Shown here one piece after another: positions 15,101-25,700 of a stretch of 55,979 bases of DNA. The notes under the pieces are model-generated. The model saw only the letters and a program-made list of their open reading frames with translations. It was not told the DNA's origin and did no database searches. Position numbers and translations under genes: made by a program. The stretch lies in assembly GCA_001724265.1 (NCBI GenBank), contig MEDY01000037.1, positions 62,001-117,979 of the forward strand. Direction: 5' to 3'. The stretch comes from Rhizaria sp. SCN 62-66. Taxonomy: Eukaryota. Every line of letters begins with the position of its first letter. Position 1 is the stretch's first letter.

Positions 15101-16354
15101 GCGCGCCACAGAGAGCGCCGGCGCGTCGGGCTGCGCGTCAGGCGGCGCGGCGGCCTGGAGCGCGGCGGCCAGCGCGCGCAGCAGCCCCGCGAGCCCAGTC
15201 ACGGCCACCTCCGCGCCCGCCGACGCGAGCGAAAGCACCTGCGTCTGCGTCTGCATCAACGGCGACGGTGCGGTGTCCGTGGTGGCCGTGACCGCGAGTC
15301 CGCGCAGGGCGACCGTGAGCGGCAGCGCGTCGATAGCCGCCAGCCCGCCCAGACTGGGGCTGAAGGACGGGGGCGCCAGCGCGAGGGCGAGGTGCTCGAC
15401 CGCGAGGGTGACAATCGTCGTGGAAGAAGCCGCCGCAGCCGCGTTGCCAAAGCGGCCGCCTGCCGGCACTGCGGAGGGAAGAACGACGCGCACGGTAGCG
15501 GCCGAGAGCGCGAGCAGCGGGGCGCACAGCAGCAGCAGCGCGCGCGCGGCGGGCACGGAGGCGGCCAGCGGCGAGAGCATCAGCGCGGTCTCCTCGCCGG
15601 CATGCGCGCGCTGCTGCACAAGCCACTCGGGCGGCAGCAGCGCCTGCGCGGCCGCCGCGGCCCACGAGGGCACGCGCAGCAGCGCCAGCGCGGGCGGGCC
15701 GCTGCGCGCGGGCTCGGCCGGCACTGTTGGCACTGATGGCGCTGCAGACGCAGATGCATCGGCGGCTCCCGCGGCGGCGGCGGCGGCGGCGTCGGCGGCG
15801 GAGCGCTGGGTGAGCGCGAGCGTAACTGTGAGCGTGGGGCTGTTGAGGGCGAGCACCCAGCCCCAGAAGCGGCCCGCCGCTGGAGCCGCCGTTGCCGTTG
15901 CAGAGCCTGCCGTTGCAGAGCCCGCCGCTGCCGCTGCTGGTGCTGCTGATGCAGGCACGGCCGTGGTCCCGAGGCTCAGACTAACTGCGCATGGCGCAGC
16001 GGCGGCGGTCGCGGAGGGAAAGCTGAGCGCAATCGTGGCAGAAAGCGCGGGCGATAGCGCGACCACGCGGGAGCCGTCAAGCAGGCGTAGGGCGGCGGGC
16101 ACAACGAGTCGCGGGACGAGCACGGAGGCTACGACGGCGGTCAGCGCGAGCCCCGCGAGGGCGAGCGCGGCCGCCAGGGAGACCGACACCGAGGCGGGCA
16201 GGAGCAGGCGCGCCGCGGCGACCCACAGCAGGCCGAGCGGGAGCAGCAGCGTCGCGAGCACACGCGCAGGCGAGCTGGACGCGCCGAGCGGGGCCGTAAG
16301 GCGCCCGGGACCGCCGTCAGCCGCGCTAGCCGGTGCAGTGGCGTGGGCAGGCAT
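2..16354 (-). CDS. BLTP2: Bridge-like lipid transfer protein family 2 (Hobbit/KIAA0100/Fmp27/SABRE-like), 3'-partial, >5,450 aa, apparently one exon
   Basis: Minus frame with codon high ends = 1 mod 3 reads cleanly wherever I translated it (16402, ~11200, ~9000, ~3700, ~2900, 2-60). The ORF track lists no stop-terminated ORF in this frame, consistent with it running off the edge. First ATG is at 16354, followed by a hydrophobic anchor (VLATLLLPLGLLWVAAARLLL...LAAALALAGLALTAVVASVLV). Family motifs: PTRVFHDLALQVHDAHIAHGPSV (~9250-9185) and PPSPPEIGFWDDLRAMLQGKLAMTATNCRLVLFSEPDAF (~8980-8865), resembling the Fmp27 GFWDK / SABRE WWDDMR / KIAA0100 WWDKSR region. Confidence 0.85.
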
Positions 16355-17677
16355 GGGGTCCCACAGTGCGGCAGGTGAAGCCGGAGATACGCCAAGTGGG
16401 CGCTAATTATACGTAGAACAACGATAAACAAGAAGAGATACAATCTAAATGCAAGTGTTGAACCAAGGGGCGCAACGCAAGGCGTGCGCGGTAAAGCAAG
16501 TCTGCGTAGAGAAATAAACAGGAGAAAATAGCATAAAACAGAGTCTTGTAATCATATGGGGCGCTGAAATTAAAATAAAGATGGATAACCCCTTATACAC
16601 CGCAAAAGATTGTGGCAGCACGATTCGCCACCTCACAGCAAGTCCATGCAAAGGATGAGAGGATTTCACAGTAATAACGCCGCTGTTGACTTAAATCAGC
16701 TTGATATTCCATGTAGATAGATAGTTTAAATCCTATAAACATAATGGTTGATCAGTTGTAAATGCGTGCTACGTGCCAACCGCATCTTTCTGACGCGCTC
16801 TGGCCTCAAATGTCCGCATAGGGTCAGGCGCGAAGCAAAAAATGGGTCCGGATATCGACAGTTGATCGACAGTTGCGGATTTAATTCAAGATACACAATT
16901 TCTATTCAAAATAAATTGTGGTTTTTCTTATTATTAATCTGGAATCTCTTGTTACAGCGTTGATATGCTGAATCTCACTCGATCGCCACTCAGCAAAGCG
17001 CTGTCATTTTTCGGTCCAGGGGAGGAATTTCGGTAATTTCGAGGAATATATTCAATCATAAGGCCTAAAATGAGTGAATTTGGATATTAAATAATAATTT
17101 AATTTCGGACAATCTGTAATTCCGCCTGATCCTTGTATATTTAGCGAGAAAATATTCCCAACGATGTGGAGAAAAGGCGGCGCGGTCAAATTTTTACATC
17201 TATCTTTTGATTAAATTTAGTTGGAGAAAATTGTTTTCTTGGAGTTAGCTAAACATTCTTCTCACCGACTTCAGAAAGAAAATCAGTATTTTCCTAAAAT
17301 CAAACTCAAAACTTAAAAATCAAATGACGCAGGGACCTCGAAGAAGAGGATATCGCGCGAAAGAAGAGACTCGGTTCGTGAAACGCCTTAAAGGAGCCGA
17401 AGAGGATGACGATTGAGTTCGTTTCGAATCGATCTTTAAGTCGCTTAATGATCGTGTGATGCGGATATTCAGCGCATAGACGGTTTTTTGTTATATTATT
17501 ATTTTGGTATACTTTTTAAAATTATTGAGATCGCATGAATTTAGACAGATCTACGCGTTTTCATGTTTGCTTGCATCACTCAGTTTGATCCCACGCCAAC
17601 GCCTGCATTTTTGACTACCCTCTCACTAATCACTCGATGATATATCATTTTTGCTTATTATATAACTACTATCCTAC

Positions 17678-19001
17678 ATGAAACGTACTATACATTGCAG
17701 CAACCCCGTCATGTCGCGTCTTCAGGCTGCACTGGTCCGCTCGCTTCAGGCCAAAGGGATTGTGAGCAGTCCGGCCGTGGCCCATGCGCTTAGCGCAATC
17801 GATCGCGTGCGCTATGTGCCTGTGGCGCTGCGCAACCAAGTTGATGTTGTATATCACGACGCTCCGCTTCCTATTGGCTATAGCGCGACCATTTCCGCGC
17901 CTCACATGCATGCCATGGTCCTCGAGGAGCTCTACCGTACGCCAAGATTCACATTGTTTACAACTCCATTTCGTACTCTGTTCATGTTCTGTTCGCTCCT
18001 AGATGTGTTGTCAATCGCATTCTTCATTGTGATTTACTGATATATTCCTTCTTTTTACATTCCAGCGTCCTTGTACCCCGGCTGCCGCGTGCTCGACGTG
18101 GGCGCGGGCTCGGGCTACCTGTGCTCTGCGCTCGCCGCTTTGATCGCGCCTACCGTTGTTGATGCGCTCACCGCGTCAACCGACACCGGCTTCGGCGCCT
18201 CCCCGGCCGAGGTTGAGGCCACGTTGCTCGCGCTTAGCCCCGCGGCCGGCGGCGCGGCGGCGGACGAAGCCAAGGCCCGCGCGGAGGCTCTGAAGCCCGC
18301 GCTGCGCGAGGAGCTGCGGCGCGAGCTGCGCGGCCGCGTCGTCGGCGTTGAACACATCGGAGAGCTGACCGACGCTGCCGCCGCCGCCGTTGCCGGAGAC
18401 CCCGTTGGCGGCGCGCTTGCGCGGCTTGGGCTCATTCAGCTGTACACCGCTGACGGACGCAAGGGTACGTGACACGTGTTGATACGCTGCTGAATGTCAA
18501 AAGTTCCTCACAACATGATATCTGACGATCACTACGAACAGGAGATCTGACAAGAGATCTGACAATAACTGTGAACACATCTTTTTCCCTCTCTTGTTTA
18601 TTTTTGTAGGTTATCCCGAGGAGGCGCCCTTCGCGGGCATCCACGTGGGCGCGGCGGCGGCGCCGGCGGTGCTGAGTACGCTGCGCGCACAGCTGCACCA
18701 GCCCGAGACGACGGCCGAGGGCGCCAAGCTCGCCGGCGGCACGCTGATGGTGCCCGTGGACCCGCACAGCACCAACGTGCTGCCGGAGCAGCGCGAGGAG
18801 AGCGCGCGGCTGCAGCGCCACGCTGCGGAGCGCGGCCACGACCACAGCCACGGCGCGCACGGCGGACAGCTGCTGGTGCGCGTGCAGCGCACTGGCGAGG
18901 ACAGCTTCAACCAGACCACGTTGTGCGCGGTGCGCTACGTGCCGCTCACGGACGAGCGGGCGCAGAAGGAGCACGCCACGCTTTGGGGCGGACGCTTCTA
19001 A
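17678..19001 (+). CDS. PCMT1: Protein-L-isoaspartate O-methyltransferase (PIMT); exons 17678-17936, 18066-18464, 18610-19001; 349 aa (alternative start 17711)
   Basis: Spliced product contains YHDAPLPIGYSATISAPHMHA, VLDVGAGSGYL (SAM motif I), VVGVEHI, DGRKGYPEEAPFAGIHVGAAA and VRYVPLT. Exon lengths sum to 1050 nt, in frame; stop is TAA. Confidence 0.95.
17937..18065 (+). other. Spliceosomal intron 1 of PCMT (129 nt, phase 1)
   Basis: GTACGC...pyrimidine tract...CAG; AT-rich; removal joins ELY-P-SLYPG in frame. Confidence 0.9.
18465..18609 (+). other. Spliceosomal intron 2 of PCMT (145 nt, phase 1)
   Basis: GTACGT...TTTTTGTAG; removal restores DGRK-G-YPEEAP. Confidence 0.9.
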
Positions 19002-19223
19002 GCAAGGCGCGCGCGCCGGACGATCAACATTTACACTCGCAACACAAAAAATATTGCGATGTCTTTGCTTTTCTACTACTACGTACTACTCACGAACAAC
19101 GTATGATCGACGCATTATTGATATTGATAATTGTTTCTGTATTGATTGAAATAAACAAGTTAAGCTAATGTAAAAATATCGAATCTCGTGTAAATATCAG
19201 TTGGACTTGTTGTTAGAACTCTC

Positions 19224-19769
19224 TTAGAACTCTCCGTTCACGTACTTTTGGTAAACAGCAGCGTCACTCACAAGCGTCACGCCGGCAATGGCGTCCATAC
19301 GCTTAGCAGACTCAAAATTAAGTCGCCAGGCCGCGGGCGTCAGCAGCCAGCCGTCGGCGTAGCGCGCGGCGTCGGCGACAGACTGCGCCAGCGGCCACTC
19401 AGAGCCGCCGCCGCCGTTGCTGGCCGAGAGGTAGAGGCGGCCGTGGGGCTCGTCCGCCGCGTTGCGCGCACTCGCCAGACCCGCGTCGACCGCGCTCGTC
19501 GGCGATCCGCCTGCAGCTGCGCCCGCGCCCGTCGTGGCGCCCTTGGCACCGCCAGCGCGGCGCATGCGGCGCACCCACGCCAGGCCGAGGGCCGCGCCCA
19601 CCGCGCCCGTCGAGTCGCGGAGCCGCGCCAGCGCAGCCGCGCCCTCCGCGGCCGCGGCCGCGTCGGCGCCCACACCGCCGGAACCAGCGCCCAGCGACGC
19701 GGCGACGGCGGCAGCGGCGGCGCGCTTGGCTGCGGCGGCCGCGCGGAGGTGGCGCCGAATCGCGGCGTC
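19224..19769 (-). CDS. In-frame 181-codon continuation of the FIG4 ORF beyond an internal TAG (putative true C-terminus)
   Basis: Same frame as FIG4 with no further stop until TAA. Same GC/Ala-rich coding composition. Ends ...SDAAVYQKYVNGEF*. The switch to AT-rich DNA occurs around this TAA, not at the TAG. Confidence 0.65.
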   Translation of the reverse strand, partial: DAAIRRHLRAAAAAKRAAAAAVAASLGAGSGGVGADAAAAAEGAAALARLRDSTGAVGAALGLAWVRRMRRAGGAKGATTGAGAAAGGSPTSAVDAGLASARNAADEPHGRLYLSASNGGGGSEWPLAQSVADAARYADGWLLTPAAWRLNFESAKRMDAIAGVTLVSDAAVYQKYVNGEF

Positions 19770-22700
19770 CTAGGCCACTGTCGCCGCAGTTGCAGCAGCA
19801 GCAGCAGCGGCAGCTGCGCGCGCTGCGGCCGGGTTCGGTGCAGCGGCGCCCGCGGCAGCTGCAGCGGCGGCGACGGCGGCGGCGTTGGAGGATGCCGAGG
19901 ACGACAACGCGGGGTTGAGCGTGAGCGGGGGGATGAAGGAGCCGACGGCGCGCGAGCTGATGCTGCTGCCCGGAGCTGCCAAGGAGCCGACGCCGCAGAG
20001 CGAGTTGGTGCGCGAGCGCTGCAGCTGCAACGGGGGCATATATCCCGAAAGCGGCGAGCCCAGCGCGGGCGACCCCGCGAGCGGCGTACCCAGCGGCGGC
20101 GTGCCGCCCGACGGGTGCGACATCAGCAGCGGCGACATGCCCGGCTGCGGCGATTCGCGCCCGCTGCCGCCGCCCAAGGACGACGTCAGCGGCCACGGGA
20201 TCTGCGCGGGGAAGCCACGCCCGCCGCCTGCGCGCGGAGACGCCATCGGAGACCCGCGCGGCGTGCCCGCCATAGCGTCCAGCGTCAGCGCGCTGGAAAC
20301 GCCCGCAGCGGAGCCACGGCGCGCAGATGCAGACAGGGCGCCGCTGCCGGAGCGGCTCAGAGACGGCGCAGGGCTGCTCCTACCGTCAGGCTGGCTGCTG
20401 GTTGCAGCCGCAGTGGCCGCAGCGGCGGCAGCGGCAGCGGCGATCTGATGCGCAGGCGGGAAAAGAGTGGGGTAGCCGAAGGGCGCGGCGGGAATCTCGG
20501 TGAGCAGACTCACATGCGGCGCAGGCGGCGCCTGCAGCGGCACAGTCACAGTGTGCGTGCTGCTAAAGCTGTGGCCCCACGCAACGGCGACTGCGCCAGC
20601 GACCGGCGCCGCGGCGGAGGACGCGGCCGAAGCGCCGTGGGAGAGCGCGAGCGGCAGGCCCGTGCCCAGCTGCGGCAAGGCCGCGGGCGCGCACGCGCCT
20701 TGCAGGATCGAGGCGACGGATTCAGCAATCATCAGCGACGTTGAGGCAGCAGCCGCGGCAGTTGCAGCTGCAGCAGCGGCCGCGGGGGTAGACATGACGG
20801 CCGACGACGACGTCGTGGAGCCGTTCAGTGCGCTCGCGGCGGCCGAGGAAGCAGCTTCTGCTGCCGCGGCCGCGGCGGGCGCAAAGGGCGCCAGAAGCTT
20901 GGCGTGGTAGAAAACAGAAGGCAGCGTGCCGCTGACGAGGCCCTGCGAGAGCTCGTAGCGCAGCGACGACGGCGCGAGCAAGCCACCAGCGATCATGTTG
21001 GCCGAGTCCGCGCGCAGCCGGTGGCGCAGCGCCGTCACGGACGAGCCCACGACCGCGGCGCCCGAGGGCGGCGGCAGCATCACAGCCACAGTCGCCGTGG
21101 CGGTTGCGACCAGCGAAGCGAGACTCCGCAAGGCAGAGGGACGGTGACCGGTGTACAGCGATGCCGTCTGCATGGTGCCGACCGACGCCAGTCCGGGGAA
21201 CAGCGCCAGCGGGTCGCCCGCCAGGGACGAGGCGGACCGCGCGGCCGCGGCTTCAGCTGCAGCTGCAACGGCGCCAATGGCAGCCACGATGGCGGATTGC
21301 ACGGGCGACACAGCGGTCTTAGGTTGCTCTGTCGGCGTCGACTCGCCGTCGTCGTCCACGTACTCCCAGTCACTAGCGTCACTGTCCTCAACCGCCACAT
21401 CATCCACGCACAGCCGCGCTGGCGCAGCCGCACTTGTTGCCGGGTTCGGCTTGGTGACAACACCTTTCACGAGGCGTAGTAGTGTCGCATCAACGCCCAA
21501 GGTTGCAAAATCGAGCCGCCGGAGCGCATGTGGTAACCCAGCCAGATTGAACACAGGTGCACGCCGCAACGCGCCGCACGCAAGCGTCGCTGACAGCGCA
21601 GCACCAGACACACTTTGTGTCAGCGCAACAGCGTCTGCGTGAGCCGAGGTATCGTCCAGAGTGGCGTTCAGCAAGTCAGACGAGGTGGTCGTGAAGCCGT
21701 AAAGGCGCGAAAGAAGCACCATCTCGCTGCGCATGAGCTCGCGCGTCGCAACAGCATCAACCGAGGCCGCCATGGTGGCAGAAATGTCGACAGAGGAGCC
21801 GGGCACGACGTGGCGCGCGCCGCCACGGCCAACATAGCTATACGAGCTAAAGTCAGCGGCGGATGCAGCCGAGAGCGCAAGCAGCGAAGCTGTGTGGATG
21901 GCATCAGCCGCGGTGCCCAAAATCCAGCCTGAGCCAGGGCCCGTGGCAGCAGGGAGCGCGGGCAGCGGCGCCAGGCGCTGGCGGGGCGCGGGCACGAGCG
22001 TGCGCACCGGATCCGCGGGCATCATGGCGATCGCGGCGGCAATAGCCGCCGAGGCAGAACGCATCTGCGGCGTGAGCCAGGGCCGCGTGACGTCTTCATT
22101 CATGACCTGTTGCTGCAACTGCATAGTTTGTGTCGTTTGCGGCGACGGCTGCGCGGGCGACTGCATGGAGGAAAAGGCGGCACCTGAGCCGACATGCTGA
22201 AGCGAAAAGGTCGGAGACGCGACAGCTGACGGGTTCGGGCTCTCAATCACGAGCGCAGACGCGGCGGCGTCAGCGACGACGGCGGGCGTTTGTGCCTGCA
22301 TTGCCAATGCCAGAGCGACAGGCAGTGAGAAGGCCGGCAGCCCAGTCGCCGCGGTCGCGTTAAGCGGGAAATCCGCAGGTGCCGTTAACGCGCGCACGAC
22401 TTGCGTGCGCGGGGACTCTGGCGCCTTCTTCATGGCCTTCGGCTGCTTCTCCACAGCAGCAGCAGCAGCAGTGGCCACTGTGAGTGCCGTAACGGGAACC
22501 TCGCTGTGCGCGGGTTGCGCAACAGAAGGCGGGAAGCAACTTTCATCAGCATCGCCGGTCTTGGCTTCGCCCGTATAGTCATCATCATCGCTCGAGTCGC
22601 GGTAGTTGTCCCAAGCCGGAATCGGAGTGAGCTGTGAGAGACACAGGCGGCGACCAAGCGCGGCCGTGTTGCGTAGAGGCAGCGCGGCGCGGTCCTTAGG

Positions 22701-25700
22701 GACAGCGACCTTCTCGGCCGCAGCAGCGGCAACGGAAGGAAAGAAAACGGTCGTAGGCGGCGGCGCCAACAAAGCAGGCGCGGGGTCAATAGTCATATCA
22801 TTCCACACCAGTGGCACCGGCACGTGCGCTGCAGCAGGCGCGGGAAGAGGCACATCTGACAAAGTAAGTGCAGACGCAATCGACGAAGAGTAGCACGGCG
22901 GAAGGACAAACTCTACACCAGACGGCTTCATCTGGCTCCCCGGTAGCGGCGCAAGATCGCCTTCGATCTCACTCGCACTACCGTCGTTTTCGTCGCTGTT
23001 TGCAGGCATGTGCGGCGCAGTGCTTCCGCCAGGCACGTCAGCACCGTCGCGCGCACGCGCGCGAAGCGCCTTCGCAACGCCGGTGCAAGGGAAAAGCGAG
23101 ACATAGGCCGCGCGCGCGACGCCCTGGCCCGCAGCAGCAGCAGAAGTGGCGGACGCGGATGCGTAGACGGATACAGCCGCGTCGATGTTTCCGCTGGCAA
23201 GTGCAGTCGCAACAGGCAGTGTCGTCAGGGAGGCGCCGCGCGGGAGTAGTGCACGAGCGCTGGCGGCCACGGCGTCCGGATCAGCGTCTTTGGCGGCGCG
23301 CCTGCGCTTGTTGCCGAGGCGCCGGCTCTTCACAGCACCAGCGGGCCCGGGCCGTCCGAACACGGCTGCGGCCGGAGCTGTCGGGGCGGACACTCCAGCA
23401 AGCGCTGCAAGCGCCTGTGGGGGCACGAGCGCAGGCAGCGCGGCCGCGGGTCCGCGGTACACAACGGCACCAGCAGTGGCCGAGACGTTGCTGAGTCGTT
23501 CCGCGGGCAGCGCCAACGCGAAGAGGTGCGCGGACGCGGCGACAGTGGGGCAGGCGCGGCTAACTGGCGTCGGAGCAACGACTGGAACATCAGACACCTT
23601 CTTGTTGGCGCCGTCCACAGGAGCGATAAACTGATCAAGAGCGCGCGTGATTGTGCGCGTGGCAAGAGTCTCAATGCCACATCCGCTGCGGCAGTCCTCA
23701 GGCACGAGGAAAGGACCCACACCAGAGCCCGTCTGCACCGGCGCCGCGGTGGCAAGCACAGAAGCACTCGTCACACCAAACGCGCGTGGGCTCCGTCCTG
23801 CGGAATAGCCGGGCATAGACTCTCCGTCTGACGATCCTGACATAGATGCTGCAGCAGCGGCAGCAGCGCCACTCGCGGTGGTCATGCGACCGTTGTGCAG
23901 AGCGTAGCTCGGGACTACAAGAGAGCGCGAAGGCTGGATGTGTCCATAGTAGGTCAGCGGACGAGAGTCGCGCAATGACGACTTGCGCACTGAGCAGGTG
24001 CAAGGGGCATTAGCAGCGGGCTTAGTCTCGGGGCGAATCGGCTTTGCACTGAGAGATGCAAAGTGCGACACAGCATCCTTGCCAGCAAGGCACTTACCCT
24101 CGCGCTTGCGCGGCGCATCACCCAAAGCCATGTCACCGGTCAACGCGAGAGTAAGATCGACAATCGAGTCTGATCCGTCGATAGGGCCAGTGCCATTGCG
24201 CGCGCCATCAATATTGAAGCCTTCGCCGATGCCGCCAAATGGTGACGGGCGTTGCTGCATCAACGGCAGAGCAGCCGGCAACGAACGCGAGGACGCAATA
24301 CCGCACCCACAGCGCGCACAGCCGGCAACGACAGGCTTTGTGCGTGCAGGCGCCATCCAGAGCGTGTCGCCGCCAAGGCCCAGCGCGCCAACGGAAGCCC
24401 CTGCAGGCCCGGTGGCGGCAAGCACCGAGAGAGTTGCGTGCGTTAGCGTGGCGCGGTAAGCCGCCGCTAAAGCCGTCGCCGATGCTCGTCCATTCAAGCG
24501 CTGCCTTGCGTGTGCAGCGGCGGCGTGCGCAAGCAGCACCGGATGAGCGGGCTCCGAGCACAGCGCCGCGAGCGCCGACACAATGCGCAGCGGCAGTGGC
24601 TGGGGGAGAAGCGACTTTCCGGCAAGCGCGGTCTGGACGCTGAACTTGTGCATCGCGCTCGCTAGAACGTTGTTGATGGCGGCAATAGCAGGGGTCTGCA
24701 GACGGCCCATTGCCGCACTGGTGGCCGTTACTGTGGCAGCAGACGGGCGCAGATAGGAGGACGGAAGCACCGACAGCGACAAATGACCTGAGGCAGAGGC
24801 GGCCATGCGCGGCAGCGCAGCCGACAGCGTCAGGTATTGTGAGAGGTAGCCTGTGAGCGTGAGCAGCGTGATCAAAGATGGAAGCTGGAAAGCACGCTTC
24901 TCACATTGGGCAACGCGATGATTGCGAGCTCCAGCCTTTGCTGTGGCGCGGCGGCGGCGCAACGCGCGGCTTTGCTTCTCGGCGTAGAGCCAATTGTTGC
25001 CAAGAGAAGCTTCCGAAGCGCGCTCACCGACCCACTGTCCGTAACCGCTCCAGCCGGCGGCGGCGCCGGGGGTGTTGGTGTGCGATGCAGCGTCGAGCCG
25101 CAGCCCCCATCCCGCAACGGCGTCCGCCGCTGCAGTAGCCGAGGGCAGCAGTGCCGCGTGCAGCGGCGCGACGTGCGGGACCGACGGCGGGAACGTTACC
25201 AGGCTCACCGTCATCGCGTTGGCAAGCTCGGAGTCAGCGGCGACGGTGAGAGCGGATGTCACAGTCGCGGGCCACACCAGCGTCGGCAGCGTCGTCGCCG
25301 TATCGGTCAGCACAGGCGTGGCCTTGGACGCTACGTGACGCAACACGTAGCCGCCTGACGAGGGTGTGACCGTGGAGACGGCCGTCGCAAGCGCGGCGTC
25401 TGCAGCGCCTTGGCGCGGCGGCGGCACGGACATGAGCGCACGCGCGGCGGCCACAGAAGCGGCAAACGTTGACGCAGCCGCGGCAGCCGCAGACGGCAGA
25501 CCCGCGCCTGCCGCGGATATAGCAGAAGGAGTCAGCGCGACCTGTGAGTAGTCACCCGAGGACGCGGTCGCTGCAGCTGCAGCAGCCACAGCAACGGCGG
25601 AGGTTGCCGCTGCAGCCGCGCTCGCGGAGCCCTGGCCGTTGGCGGCGGGGTCGGCGACGAGTGCTGAAGCGGATGACGACTGCGGGAGCGGCGGCGCAAG

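Noticed and set aside
12093-16406. 1,437-aa plus-strand ORF
   Set aside because: Antisense shadow of BLTP2: GCN-rich minus codons create a stop-poor Ala-rich plus frame, and no motifs are recognisable.
16403-16440. Pyrimidine tract plus TAG upstream of BLTP2 as an acceptor or a second recoded TAG
   Set aside because: I saw no GTACG donor in the upstream gap, the upstream sequence is AT-rich and not coding-like, and ATG 16354 directly precedes the expected membrane anchor.
18542-18565. GAGATCTGACAA x2 (and ATCGACAGTTG x2 at 16854-16875) as CRISPR repeats or transposon target-site duplications
   Set aside because: Simple adjacent duplications with no spacers, terminal repeats or transposase.
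19770-19778. 9-nt GTGGCCTAG micro-intron that would remove the FIG4 TAG in frame
   Set aside because: Shorter than any known spliceosomal intron (~15 nt minimum) and lacks the local GTACGY donor.
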